A DNA stretch of 63,904 bases, the filler included. It is 11 parts of 11 records of this genome, joined end to end, with 100 filler letters (N's around TTAATTAATTAA, not from the genome) between each part and the next. Parts side by side here need not be neighbours in the genome. Positions count along the whole stretch, not along the records: positions 1 to 14,281 come from SRR9670534_896; positions 14,382 to 21,869 come from SRR9670534_903; positions 21,970 to 29,467 come from SRR9670534_905; 8 more parts are not named here. One strand, 5' to 3'. Shown here one piece after another: positions 11,501 through 23,915 of the stretch (within the stretch, counting starts at the first letter, position 1; every line of letters begins with the position of its first letter). Made by a program: the position numbers and the translations under genes. The notes under the pieces were generated by a model that ran no database searches, had not been told where the DNA came from, and worked only from the letters and a program-made list of their open reading frames with translations.

Positions 11501-14191
11501 ATAACATGACTAGTGAGGAATGGTTGCTAAAGCATGGACTTGATGCAAGAAGACTTGATGTATATAGTATTTTAAGTGCAGTGGCATTTAGACATCAAGA
11601 TGGTGTAGTTCCTTTAAAAGGAAAAGTTTCTCACGAAACCTTTGGCAAAAAGTTGATCAATGCCAAATACTGTGATAAATTTCCATCAATAAAGTGGAAA
11701 GATGGATCACTAATGCATGTAAACGTGACGCCAAAATTGCATCAGTTGTATGAACAAAGAATGAAAGTGGCTTTGGAAACTATTCAGCAAAGGTTTGTAA
11801 TTTTCTATGAATTTATAATCATTAATTAGATAAATCTTAATAATCATTGTATTTTCAAATATAGACAACTTTATTAACATTATTTAGGATGGATTGGCTG
11901 AAGCAAGGCAGTAGGGAATTATTTGGAACTGTAATAGAATCCTTAATTTATATCTTAATTGACACCAGTTCTTCCATGGAAAATAGCATGGAACATGTCA
12001 AAGAAAAATTATTCAGGCTTATGCAAGAGCAACTTCGGCACAAAATGAAATTTAACCTAGTTAAATTTGGGTCAAAAGCAGTACCTTGGAGGGACAGAAT
12101 GGTTGATGTAAATGAACAAAACTTGCAAAGTGGGTGGAGTTGGGTTCAAGGACTGGTTGCAAATGGTTCTACCAATACTTTAGGTGCCCTTAGAATTGCT
12201 CTAGCAGATGTCAACTGCCAAGCTATTTACTTGGTGTCTGATGGCAGACCAGATCAGGTATTTATGTTATGGAATATTTTGCAGTAAACTATTATATTCA
12301 ATATATATTGATAATATTGCTATTACTTATTATACTAGGTAGTATTTATTAATAATATTTAATTAGTTATTACATCATATACATACCACATTAACATTAA
12401 ATATTGCATTATTTAATTACTAAATGAATAACATTTAGCCCCCTTCTCAAATCTTTTCCCAAGTTGAATTATATCATTCAGTTCCTATACACACAATCTC
12501 TTTTAACTGTGCAGATGCAGAGGCTAATAAATTTCTCTATGAATTAGCTAAGGTGACATTTTGTTATTATTGTATCAGGAAACAAAAGAAATTACCCTTT
12601 GCATCAAAACAATTTAGAACACCAAAGGAAGGTTTCATATTTATAGTACCAGTGGGACTCATATAGATCCTGACAATCCAGTAGCATATGAAAGTGATGA
12701 TATTAATCTATTAAATAAGGAGTATGAGAGAGGACTGCATTACCTTGAAACAGTAGCAAGGTTGAGAGATGAGTGTGCATTGCTTAGTTGGAATGAAGAA
12801 GAGTCACTACAAAGCAAGATAGAGTAAGTATAATTAGAAATTCCATAACTAATTCATTATAATTTATAACTTTAATATAAATATTTGTCCCAACAAAATT
12901 TTAATTTTCACAAAAAATTCATTATGTGAAAAAACAAATAACATTACTACAATATTGCAATAGATGTCTATGTTTTAGTGAACACAACAGAAATCTTCAA
13001 CTCAGACTATTGACAGATCCTGAAAGACCAAAGACAGCACCAAATCAAAGAAGACAGAGTAAGCTAAAAGGAGTTAATAAAAGATTGCGTGGCTACCATA
13101 GGTCAAGTCAATTAGACAGGTTAAGCAGAAATGATGAATATATGCTGCCAGAGTCTGAACAGATCTTGGACCAACAATACCAAAGGCGGGAAAATATAAT
13201 TTCAGAATTAAAGGATTTTGCAAAAAGAAAATATTCTCCAAGAACACCCAGAAGTCAAAGAAGAAAAATAACAACACCCATTCCAAGCAATATTTATGAA
13301 TGGATTGACAGATACGGTATTAAAGCCAGAAATCTATCAATCTTAGATGCTTTGTCTCCAACCATGATTGATCATAAACCCAAATATGTGCCAATTCTTG
13401 ACAAATATGTTAATGCTAAAGTTTTTGATGAGGTTTGCAAATTCAAAGGGAAATAGAATTGTAATAATAGTACCACCAATACTATATAATTTAGATATTT
13501 CCTATTGCATTTTCTGATTCTTCAATGGACATTAAATTAGTTAATCCTTTGGCAGTAGATTTAAAAGGATATAAGAAAAAATTAGCAGATGCAATTGATG
13601 TAATACAGCGAAAGTTAAATTATGAAATTAGTCAGGCCATAGAGAGTTTAGAACAAGAAGAAAATGAAGAGTAAGGCTTACCTACCCTTTATTATTAAAC
13701 TTTTTAAAAACATGCCCTTTTATTTTAGAATACTCACGACAATAAATTACCCTGAAAACAAGGAAGACATTTTTAAATTGTTAGAGGAAAATGATTGGCC
13801 AATAACAATGGAAGAGATTATGGCATTAGAAGATGAAATTAATTTAGGGAATACTTACATGAAACAGGCAGATGATCTTGATGAAGTAGCTGAAAAGTTG
13901 AGGGTTCAGAACTCAACGTCTATTCAGAATCAAACAACCCCATCAGGAAATATTGATATTCCCAAGAGCACCAAAAAGAAGAAAGGCGTAACAAAATACT
14001 CCTCACTCAATCCCGGTCAAAAGGTTATTGCAATCAATAGCAATAACGGGTTTTTCTATCGTGGAAAAATTGGAGCAATGAATAAAACTGAGCATTTAGC
14101 AACAGTTAAATTTGATAATGGTACAACCAAAGACATAATTGACCAATTTGTTATACCTGTTGGTGGAGCTGTAGCTCAACCCCTTTTGGAT
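8593..14191 (+). CDS. VWA3B: von Willebrand factor A domain-containing protein 3B-like, 3'-truncated by contig end
   Basis: Exons: 8593-8629 and 8710-8739 (both tentative), 8823-9160, 9823-10073, 10176-10335, 10394-10566, 10618-10844, 11060-11080, 11232-11312, 11438-11792, 11888-12257, 12439-12552, 12618-12823, ~12964-13432, 13495-13670, 13729-14191. Motifs: SSDKWLRQYGL..KLTLEQIL, WLKQGSRELFG..IYILIDTSSSM (VWA DxSxS), AIYLVSDGRPD, GQKVIA...GFFYRG (DUF4537-type). Confidence 0.9.
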
Positions 14192-14281
14192 GTAAATAAA
14201 TAACTGAGTGTAGCATAATAAATAATTCAATAACTTTCATACAGAGTAATCATATACATAACATATATTCAATAACTTTTT

Positions 14282-14381
14282 NNNNNNNNNNNNNNNNNNN
14301 NNNNNNNNNNNNNNNNNNNNNNNNNTTAATTAATTAANNNNNNNNNNNNNNNNNNNNNNNNNNNNNNNNNNNNNNNNNNNN
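14282..14381. other. Artificial contig spacer (44N-TTAATTAATTAA-44N)
   Basis: Six-frame stop linker inside an N run, identical at ten sites. Confidence 0.98.
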
Positions 14382-15501
14382 AGCCCATTATAAAACGCCT
14401 TATTATGATATAAACTACACATCAACGCTTGCACATAAACTATTGTTTATTATTAATATATAGCACAGTAATTGTGATTGAAATAAATCCAATTCAATTC
14501 AATTGATTTTTTGCTATAGCTTTTTAAAATGATATATCTATTTAGGTAGTTTAAATATTAAAAGTTAATATTATGTTAAAAAATTCTTATAGACAACTAA
14601 TATATAATGAGATCTTTTTTGCTTAATAACATTAATAAATTTATTTAATAAATAACTTTTACATGAAAATGTTTTGAAAGTTAAAAGGTAAATTCTTAAT
14701 ATATAAAATCTTTATAATAAAAATGATGAATGTTTAATACTTAATTATTCAAGAATACATAGATTAAGAATACTTAATAGATTAAAAATTAAAGTTTAGT
14801 TATAAGATATCAAATTGATATCATCAAAGATATTATCAATAAATCATTTATTTCTGCAAGATACTTTGAATTAAATCAATAAATAGCTCAAATACTAGTA
14901 GCAAAATGTCATAATAAAAAATAAGATGATTATTATTAATATATTCCTCAAAAAAATCTCACTAATATAATCTAAAAAGTTATACAAATACTCTATGTCA
15001 AAGAGAAATAAAGGTTGTTACATATATTATTGTAATAGCAAAGATCCAATTTCAACCAACCACCTACAATTTGTAGTTACAATATATGTATACATACCAT
15101 AATTCTTATAATGTCTAGTATTCTATTATTGAAGATTAATAATAACAAGTGCTTAATCTCAATATAACTTATTATTAGGCATTCAGTTATTATAGTACTT
15201 ATGCATTCAATTATTAGTAGTAGAGGCAAAAAAATAAAAATATAATTTTGAATGTGTGGTAGCAGAAAACCATTATAATAATAAAAGTCAGATCCAATGA
15301 CATGTAACAAAATAACAATGGAAGAATGAAAGAAGACATATTGGCAAAATTTGTTGCTATACAATTATAGCATATCAATCAATATGATTGACATTATATA
15401 CTATAATCGTAGAAGGAATGCTATTATGTATTTATTGTACAATTGTGGTACAAGATTATTTACATAATTTCATGGGTCATGAGGAAATAAATAACAGATC
15501 A

Positions 15502-18500
15502 TTATACAATAGATTCTGCTTCAAACCCAGCATTTTCATGAGCATTTTCACTTGAAAGTGATTCTTCATCATGTTCATTACCATTATTATTTTCATATCC
15601 AGTATCACTAATGTATCCTTCAGATCCAGTTCCGAGAGAAACAACATCTTGTTCTAGTCTTCTCTATAAGCAAAATGTACAACAGTTATTATTATTAATA
15701 AAGTTTATAAATAACCAGAATATAAAGAAAGTATTTACCATATTTTCTTGTCTTTCCCTGCTTTGGCCTAAATTTTTAGATTCCCTATAATTTTCCAACA
15801 ACAGAAGAGCTGTATAAATCTTTCCAATGGTCATGGTATCAGAACTCATTTCTAAATATCAATAAGCTTAACATACAAATGAACTTCTTGACATTAGTAT
15901 CTACTGATAATTACTGATTATTGTCCTTACCTTCTTTATTTGGAATAAGGAGGTTGATGGTTTTTCTTGCTTGGATTGGCCAACTTTTCATAATCAGATC
16001 CCTCATTTCTCTATCTTTTTCGTCCATTTCATCAACTACAACAAAGTTTCTACTATGTGAAAAAATACATTTCAATAGGAATTATTAAAAAATAAACATC
16101 ACAAATTACCATGGGAAACATAAATGCCCAAATTATATCTAACTAAGGCAAAAAGGGTGCTTTTAAAGTTGACTTCTAATTTTTCATTCAATACCATGTT
16201 CATTCTAATAAGTCTCTAAACAAACTTCACCTTGCAGAAATAGGTAATCAATTGAAAAAACAAACAAAAAGCATACCACATAAGCCATTTTCTTTGGGCA
16301 CTTCTTACCAAATCCCAAAGGAGGTGGCAGTTCCAATAAGATGTCATAAACTTTTGTATAGTGCAAGTAACCACTAAATATTCATTTCTTCAGAAACAAT
16401 ATATAATAAATACTATTGTATAGTTCTTACACAGCATTTGGATCATAATCTGACCATACTTGGACAAAATCATCCAAATGATTAGCACCAAGAATGGAAG
16501 AATCTCTTGTTAGATAATCGAAGTTATCCATAATGACTGCCACGAAAAGATTTAGCATCTAAATTATTACATCGATTATGCGATATCATTACTTATCGGT
16601 GAACTTCCTACCATAAAGGAGAAAAAGAATATGAAAGTCACGAAGTACACATAGGAAAAATCAGAGCCACAACTGTTATTGTTTGAACCAGGTGCACAAC
16701 CAGCTCCTGATTTACACGACAGCATCAACATTTGCCATGATTCTCCAGTTGAGCATCGAAACAACAGCAGAAGTGCTTGAGGGAAGCTCTGGAAGTTGGT
16801 ATGAATATCAATTGCATCACCCCACACATCACCAAAAATTTGCATTCCAATGATGGCATAAATGAAAAACAACATCATGATCAACAAGCAAACATAAGGA
16901 AGTGACTTGAATGATTGTACGAAAGTCCATAAAAGCATTCGAATTGTTGCGCCTTGTCTTAGCAGTTTTATCACCCTTGCAACTCGAAACAGTCTTAGAA
17001 AGGACAAATTTATGAATGAGTCACTTATGCTAGAACCCTCTGCAAGCCAATCGTAGATTGTTATACCACAGTCAAGCAAACTGCCAACCACTGTGATAAA
17101 GTCAAAGATATTCCAGCCATTTTTAAAATAATTGGCGATACCATAGGCAAAGATTTTCAAAAGAGCTTCAATTAGAAATATGCCAGTGAAGGCTAAGTTT
17201 AAGTAAGCTGTAATGTCTTCGAATTCAGTGGATTGTCCATAGTGCTAAATAGGGTTCATTATTGAATATACAACTCTTTCAGACAACTTAATAAGAGGGT
17301 AACATACAAATGACGCTATTAAAAAGCAGATATCGCTACTAATGCTACACAGTGTGTAGTACACACCCAGTTGGTACTCGTGTGACTACTCATTGGAGGT
17401 TCCTCCAGTTTACTTGGCACGTGACCGCCAGGGCATTATATATATGGGCTAATCTGGTGATCACTTTATAGCTTATTTATTAGTAAGCTATGTTTTTTAA
17501 ATTTATGTAAGCAGTCTTATAGGAGGGGTATAGGGGACAAAATACGAGTAAAAGAAAGTTATTGTACATATCCCCTACGTCCACAAAAGGAAGTTTTAAA
17601 AAGTATTACCGTGGTCATCAGAACTATGGTGTTACAAGCAATCATGAGCATGATGAAATAATCAAATATTTTTGACTCAACCATTTTCCAAATTTTAAAT
17701 CTGAAACTCTTTTCGTCCTTTGGCATAAACTTCTTTGCAGGTTTGGCATTTATGACAAAATCGATACAACCTTTCTACAATTATTATAATTATAATAACT
17801 ATATTAATATTAATATTTAATTAATATATTAATATGCACTCATATTTCCAAAAATATTACAGTGTTTTTATCCAGATCGCCTTCGATAAGTTCTTTTTCA
17901 CCTTCCTCTTGAAAAGTGATAATGATCATTGCGACGAAGATGTTTACAAAGAAAAAGGGGAAAATAACAACGTAAACTACATAAAATATGCTCATTTCCA
18001 TTCTGTACTGATATTTCGGACCTTGGTCAAAATAAGTTGTTTCAATGGACTCCCATAAAACACTAAAATAATGTACTTTATAAAGGAAGGTTAATTAACA
18101 AATAATAGTTATTTCTTACTCAGGCCATCCTTCCCCAGTCGTGACAATAAAAAGCGTAAGAAGTGCGTTAATTAAATCGTCATAATGAAAATCGTACCGA
18201 CTCCACACGCGCTCAGCTTCAATTAGATTTATGTTGCCATCCGCATCTTCTTCTTGTCCCTCGAAAAAATTACCCCTAAAATGATAAGGCATTAATTTGT
18301 ACATTTATGGATCGAAGTAATAGATACTGGCAATCTGCTTCCGTATCAATAGAAGGGTCAGTGCAATAGAAAAATTTTCCCATGAAAAGCTGGACACCAA
18401 TACATGAAAAAATAAAATGGAAGAGTATATACAGGATCAATATACCAGCAACATTTGTCATTGATTTGAAAACGCATGCAAAAACAGCCTAGTTTAAAAA

Positions 18501-21077
18501 GAACATTCTCAATGTATTAAAGTCTTGCAGCTTTTAATAATAACAACAACTAACCTTTAGTTTTGGAAGTCTCTTTATAGTTTTCAACGGTCTCAGAACT
18601 CTTAGTACTCTCAGTGATTTTATAACACTCAAATTTGAAGCCATAGTATCGCTCGATAAACTAAAATGAATAAAAAAGCTTTCTTTCGTTTCATAACAGA
18701 AAGTGTTACAAGTGTTACCAGCAGTTTATTTCCTTACCTACTGTACTTTTCATAAAGGCTAAAAAATAAAAAGTATTAAAAAATTCCAGAAAAAAGATTT
18801 TATTAATTAATAATAACAAAAACATACTTGAATCCTGTACCAATCAATGCTGCGATAACGACAATGAAATCAAGAATGTTCCAAACATCTCTAAAATAGG
18901 CACCAGGATGACAAATGAGCCCAAGATCAACAAACTAAGAAAAAAAGCAATTCAGTACATTAATATGATACATGTACCATTCATTAATAATTTACCTTCA
19001 AAAGCATTTCTAATACAAAAACAATTGTAAAGGCATAATCTAAATATTCCAAAATTTGGTTCCTGAAAGCGTCTTCATTGACCACATCTTCACATGCCAG
19101 GGCAATACTGCTGGCCATGATGACAATCATTATGAAAATGTCGAAAAATCGTAGATTCACGATAAAATGGCAAAATTTTCTGATCACGTTCTTTGGAGAA
19201 AATATGTAGCAAGCGCTATACGGCAGCATTGCTTTAGGTGCAAATGGATCGTTAGGGTCAGGTTCAAACATGTCGCTATCAATATCAGAATCATGTTCAT
19301 ATAACTCAGCTAAAAAGCGTTTGTTTGTAAAGCACAGTCGTAAATACGTAAGAAATTAAAAAAACCAAACCATCTGCTGCTGCGCCATCCTCTCCAGTCA
19401 CATCAGCTCTATGTCGAAACTTTGCTTTATCGGCTTCAATCATTTCTTCCTCTTCCTCGTTGACAATACCAGCAGCTTCAGCTAGTTCTTCAGCATTCGC
19501 CAAATTATCCACTGCGATAGCCAAAAATACATTCAGAAGAGTATAGTTACCAAATAAAACCAATACGATAAAGAACAAAGAATATAACATTGAATCAGTA
19601 TCTGGTCCCTCTATGAGTTCTTCAGGTTCCATTTGAGACCTAACACCATTATACATAATCACATTCCAATCTTCGCCAGTTAATATTTGAAATACAGTTA
19701 AAAGAGCAACAGGAAAAGTGTCAAAATTCTGATTGGGTTTTCCGTCATCAAAATTAAACCTAATACGAACAAAATTACAATTTTATGGTAGTTTTAATAT
19801 TGTAATAAGCAGTTACTTACAGTCCACCAAACAACTGCATTCCCAAAAGGGCAAATATTATGATAAACAAAGCCAATAGAAACAAGAGGCTGAGGATTGA
19901 TTTCAACGAATTTACAAGAGAAATACCTAAAAATTTCAACCTGGTCCAAAAGGGCGTAACTTTGAACGCCCTTAGCAGCCTTAGCGCTCGCAGAACTGAC
20001 ATTCCAAGCGATTGACCACTGTAATCCCTCCAAATCATTTCAAAGATGCTGATGACTATCACAAAAACATCAAATTTATTGAAGGTTGACCGAAAGTATC
20101 GAAACACGCCCAGACCATACATCTTGAGGAAAGCTTCAAAAATGAAAATGCTCAAAAAGACGTAATCTGTGATATCTAGGAATGTATCCAGCCACTCTGG
20201 CATATCATAGTGTTCCATTGCAATACAAATGCTATTTAAAGCCACAACAATGATGACTATCCAATAGAAGAGTTGGCTCTTCACAAAATAGTGAACCTTT
20301 AGCCTGAACAGTCGCTCTTTAACCCAAATCGCATTCTTTTGCTCAGCAACTTTTTGGGTGTTTGATTTACTAAACTCTCCTTGAATGTCATCAAATTCAT
20401 TTCCCAAATCATAATCTTCCATATTGCCACCTTTTCTAATCGCTTTAGATTTTTCAGCATAATACCTTTCATTTGCTTCTATTAACTTTTTTTTATGTTC
20501 GGGATCCAAGGTTGTTTTTTCAAGAATTGAGAGCTCTAAAATTATTGCATATGATTGATAAGTATAAATATTCTTCCGTTATTATTCAGTAATTATTACT
20601 TATTACAGTATTACTTACCTCCTGCTTTAATCCAAGCTAAGTATAAATCAAGTTGCTGTTCCATTTCTTCCGTATTTCTTAGTTTTCGAAATTTTGCTCT
20701 ATTTTCAAGAGTTTCTCTTTGTTTAGCAAATTCTCCACTTAAAACTCCAAGAATAAGATTCAACATAAAGAAAGATCCAAGTATGATCATTGAAACGAAA
20801 TAAATCCAAGGGAGGCCAATACCAACAGCATCATCTACCCAGTACATTACATCAGTCCAGCCTTCCAAGGAGATGCATTGAAAAACAGTCAACATCGCAA
20901 AGAAAATGTTGTCATATGTTGTAATGCCGTAATTTGGCCCAACCCAATACTCCCTGCATATACTGACTCCATCAGGACATGTATAAGCTTTATATGCAGT
21001 TCCGTTAGTGCACAGGGTTTCAGAGGAATTTGGGAAGTACAATGTATCTACAATGTATCTATTGTAGTAGAGTAAAC
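15502..21077 (-). CDS. Cav2: Voltage-gated calcium channel alpha-1 subunit, Cav2 type (cacophony/UNC-2/CACNA1A-B-E family); 5' end missing
   Basis: 17 in-frame exons: 21077-20619, 20535-19821, 19759-19371, 19309-18996, 18934-18828, 18660-18555, 18488-18328, 18275-18120, 18062-17861, 17774-17610, 17244-16612, 16558-16431, 16373-16277, 16215-16110, 16035-15931, 15851-15739, 15663-15502. EEEE filter (SLEGW, TGEDW, TGEGW, TGESW), Cav2 signature [26 protein letters not shown], and IQ region TIGKIY. Confidence 0.96.
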
Positions 21078-21869
21078 CTAGCTTAAAAAAGTAAACGAAA
21101 ATTACGATAGCTGGCGCTACTAATAGAACCATAGACATAACAAGGACCTATTACAGTATTATGTCTATGAGTAGAACCAAGAATAAGGTCATTGAGCACG
21201 TGGGTTGAGGAAACACTAATTTGCTTAACTAATTATCTCTTATTAACTAACATGAAAGAATCATATCTGTGTTGTTCCTGTAGATATGTTCTCATATGCT
21301 GTTCCTGAGTAAGTAATATTATGCGAAAAATACATGTATTTTTATTGTTTCAAGTTTTTGACTTCATGCTCTGTTTCACTCATTCCACTGAATTCTTTCC
21401 AAGAACTCAGGGCTCTCTCTATAATCATATGATGGGTTTTTTTGCATAGAGAGATACAGAAATTTTAATTTGTGGCCCTCGTTGTGGGGATGGTACTGTC
21501 ACGTGCACAAGCACAATTTTTGCTAAAGAGCCACTATTGGTGTGTTAATTTATGTAGCTCCACCTTTTTTGCGCACTTTAGCTATAGCTTATAAATATTT
21601 GTGTGATATGTGTAGTTATTGGACATTTTTACTGATGAATTTCTAGTGCCCTTCACCTTGCATCTAGTACCATCAAAACTCAAGGAAAAGTATGTTGATT
21701 CAATTGAAAGGTATATTGTGATAGATTAATAAGTCACATGTTACGGTAATACCTATAATATTGCTAATATATTCAGTATTTTTTTATTCTTTTATTCCAA
21801 GCCTAAGCTGGGAAATCAGCCCATGATCCTTTGCATTAGTATCTCCACTGTGAAAGGGCTATCCAGAGA

Positions 21870-21969
21870 NNNNNNNNNNNNNNNNNNNNNNNNNNNNNNN
21901 NNNNNNNNNNNNNTTAATTAATTAANNNNNNNNNNNNNNNNNNNNNNNNNNNNNNNNNNNNNNNNNNNN
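21870..21969. other. Artificial contig spacer
   Basis: 44N-TTAATTAATTAA-44N. Confidence 0.98.
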
Positions 21970-22859
21970 TTTGGTTGACATTTTCGTGGAATGGCCCATC
22001 TGTGTTTAAATTCTATTACTGCAGTAGTATAAAACCAGATGCAGAACAGGACAAAAATGAAATACAAAAATTGGTTAATTCTTTGGCAATCTGTGATCAC
22101 CTTACCAAATTAAAATTTCGTACAAATATTGAACATGATACAATTAGATCATTGAAATGTTTGGATAATTCGGCATGCAATTCAGTAATGGCTATTGGGT
22201 CCTTGAGAAAGCTGATATTAGATCCTAAAACTTTTGATGACTTTGCTTACTTTGGAGAAGTTTTATCCTCATCAAACATTGAAGAAGTTAGAATCCTAGG
22301 TGGACGCGAATTCTACAAGCCTGATAAGTCTTTGGTTGAAGAAAATGATTGGTTTAGAACGATGAAGAAAATGTTCACTCCTAATTTAAAATTAAAGAAG
22401 CTGTCTATTCCTATGACATATTTCAGCCCAAAAGTGTTACATGACTTGGCAAAGTTATTTGATGAATTAGCAAATTGCAGACATGACCAAGACAGCTGTC
22501 ATCAAGCCCAAATGGCAAAAATGAACAGTGGATTTCAAATTGGTTATTTTGAATATGGATTGTGGCCTTACTTTGTTCCGAGAGATGAAGATTTTATGAG
22601 AAATGAGTTCCAACTAGCCATTGAGCCTCAAGAAGTTCTTGAAGCTATGTTTGAAGAATATGAAGAATATTTACCAGAAATGCTCAATTCTAATGAAAAG
22701 GCAGAATCTTTTGTGATGTCTGCCAGTCTTGCCAGTATACGTCAGAATGCAATGTTCAACAGGTTAGAATATGAGAGATATTTGTTGAAACACAAAGTAG
22801 AAAAATTTTTTGAAAAAACCTGTGGTGAGAACGAGGCCATCCTCATTCAAGATTGCTGA
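21970..22859 (+). CDS. 3' part of an unknown protein with degenerate LRR (RNI/F-box-LRR-like) repeats
   Basis: Open reading from the contig edge for ~295 codons to TGA in otherwise stop-rich DNA. LxxLxL-like segments: HLTKLKF, SLRKLIL, NIEEVRI, KLKKLSI. Confidence 0.6.
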
Positions 22860-23741
22860 AACATGATGGAAAAGATTACTGAAACATTATTATAATATAT
22901 TAATCCTTCATAGGTATAGTACTATTAGTTACCAATAATAATTATAATTAGTATTACTATCATAGTACATATGATACTATTATTATTATAATCTACTAAC
23001 ATGAATACTTTTCCCAGAAAGAAACACATACAAACTTATTATTAATAAGACATTTACAAGGTTATACATAAAAACTATGCGTGATTACACAATACTAACC
23101 ATAATGACAAACTATAGGTAGTAATACATACTTCTAAATAAATTAAGGTATTTTTATTTAGTTATAAACTTTCAACATTATAAAAATGCATTAGTGATAT
23201 GAAGTATTAGGTTGATAAAATTTGTATAGAGCCAATATGTTCTGCAAACATTGCAAATCATTTATCATTGTTACTACTATAATATCAATAATAATTATTA
23301 ACAAATAGGTCAATAAGTTCATTATATTTTAGGTATTTGTAATTTTTATATTAAAAATTATCGGTGTTAATATTTCATTTTCTGAGATAGTGTCTTCCAG
23401 TTTCTCCCGAACTTTTATCCAACCTTCAGCATGTCAAAAACAAAAATTCAATAGATCCTAATATTATTAAACCGCCAAAATAGGCAATATGCTTACAGTG
23501 ACATCTAGCTTTATCTAGAGTCAACGTCGATTCAATCTTATGTCATAGTCAAACTTCAAGTTTGAAACTGTAATAATAATGTTTATTTATTAGGTGGGCA
23601 TAAAAGACACAATGCTACTCAAACCTTCTGAATATATGTACATTCTGAATAACATTTTGAATATACATTTTGATTTGTTATTCGCCTCAGGATCCTGATC
23701 ATCGATGAGTGACTCATTATGTCAAGTGTGATTGTTTATGT

Positions 23742-23754
23742 GTTGACTAGCAAC
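23742..23754 (+). promoter_or_regulatory. X-box-like RFX site (GTTGACTAGCAAC) followed by YY1-like CAACATGGCG at 23764-23773
   Basis: 13-bp RFX-type imperfect palindrome ~160 nt upstream of the ATG at 23916. Confidence 0.5.
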
Positions 23755-23915
23755 CGCTGCAGCCAACATGGCGATGTACATTACAGATCTTCAAGCACTT
23801 TTCCTCCTTTGTTTACTATCACATCAATTTTAAAATTTTGTGTTAAAAATTTGCTTTTCATGAAATTTTGTTTCACCAAACGCATGTTTGAGTAAAAGCA
23901 TCGTACAGTAATATT

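Noticed and set aside
14326..14337. Recurrent TTAATTAATTAA as a CRISPR-like or biological repeat
   Set aside because: It always sits in the centre of identical N runs, so it is an assembly linker.
248..21077. Nav and Cav2 genes as an ion-channel cluster
   Set aside because: They lie on different contigs separated by the artificial spacer at 14282-14381.
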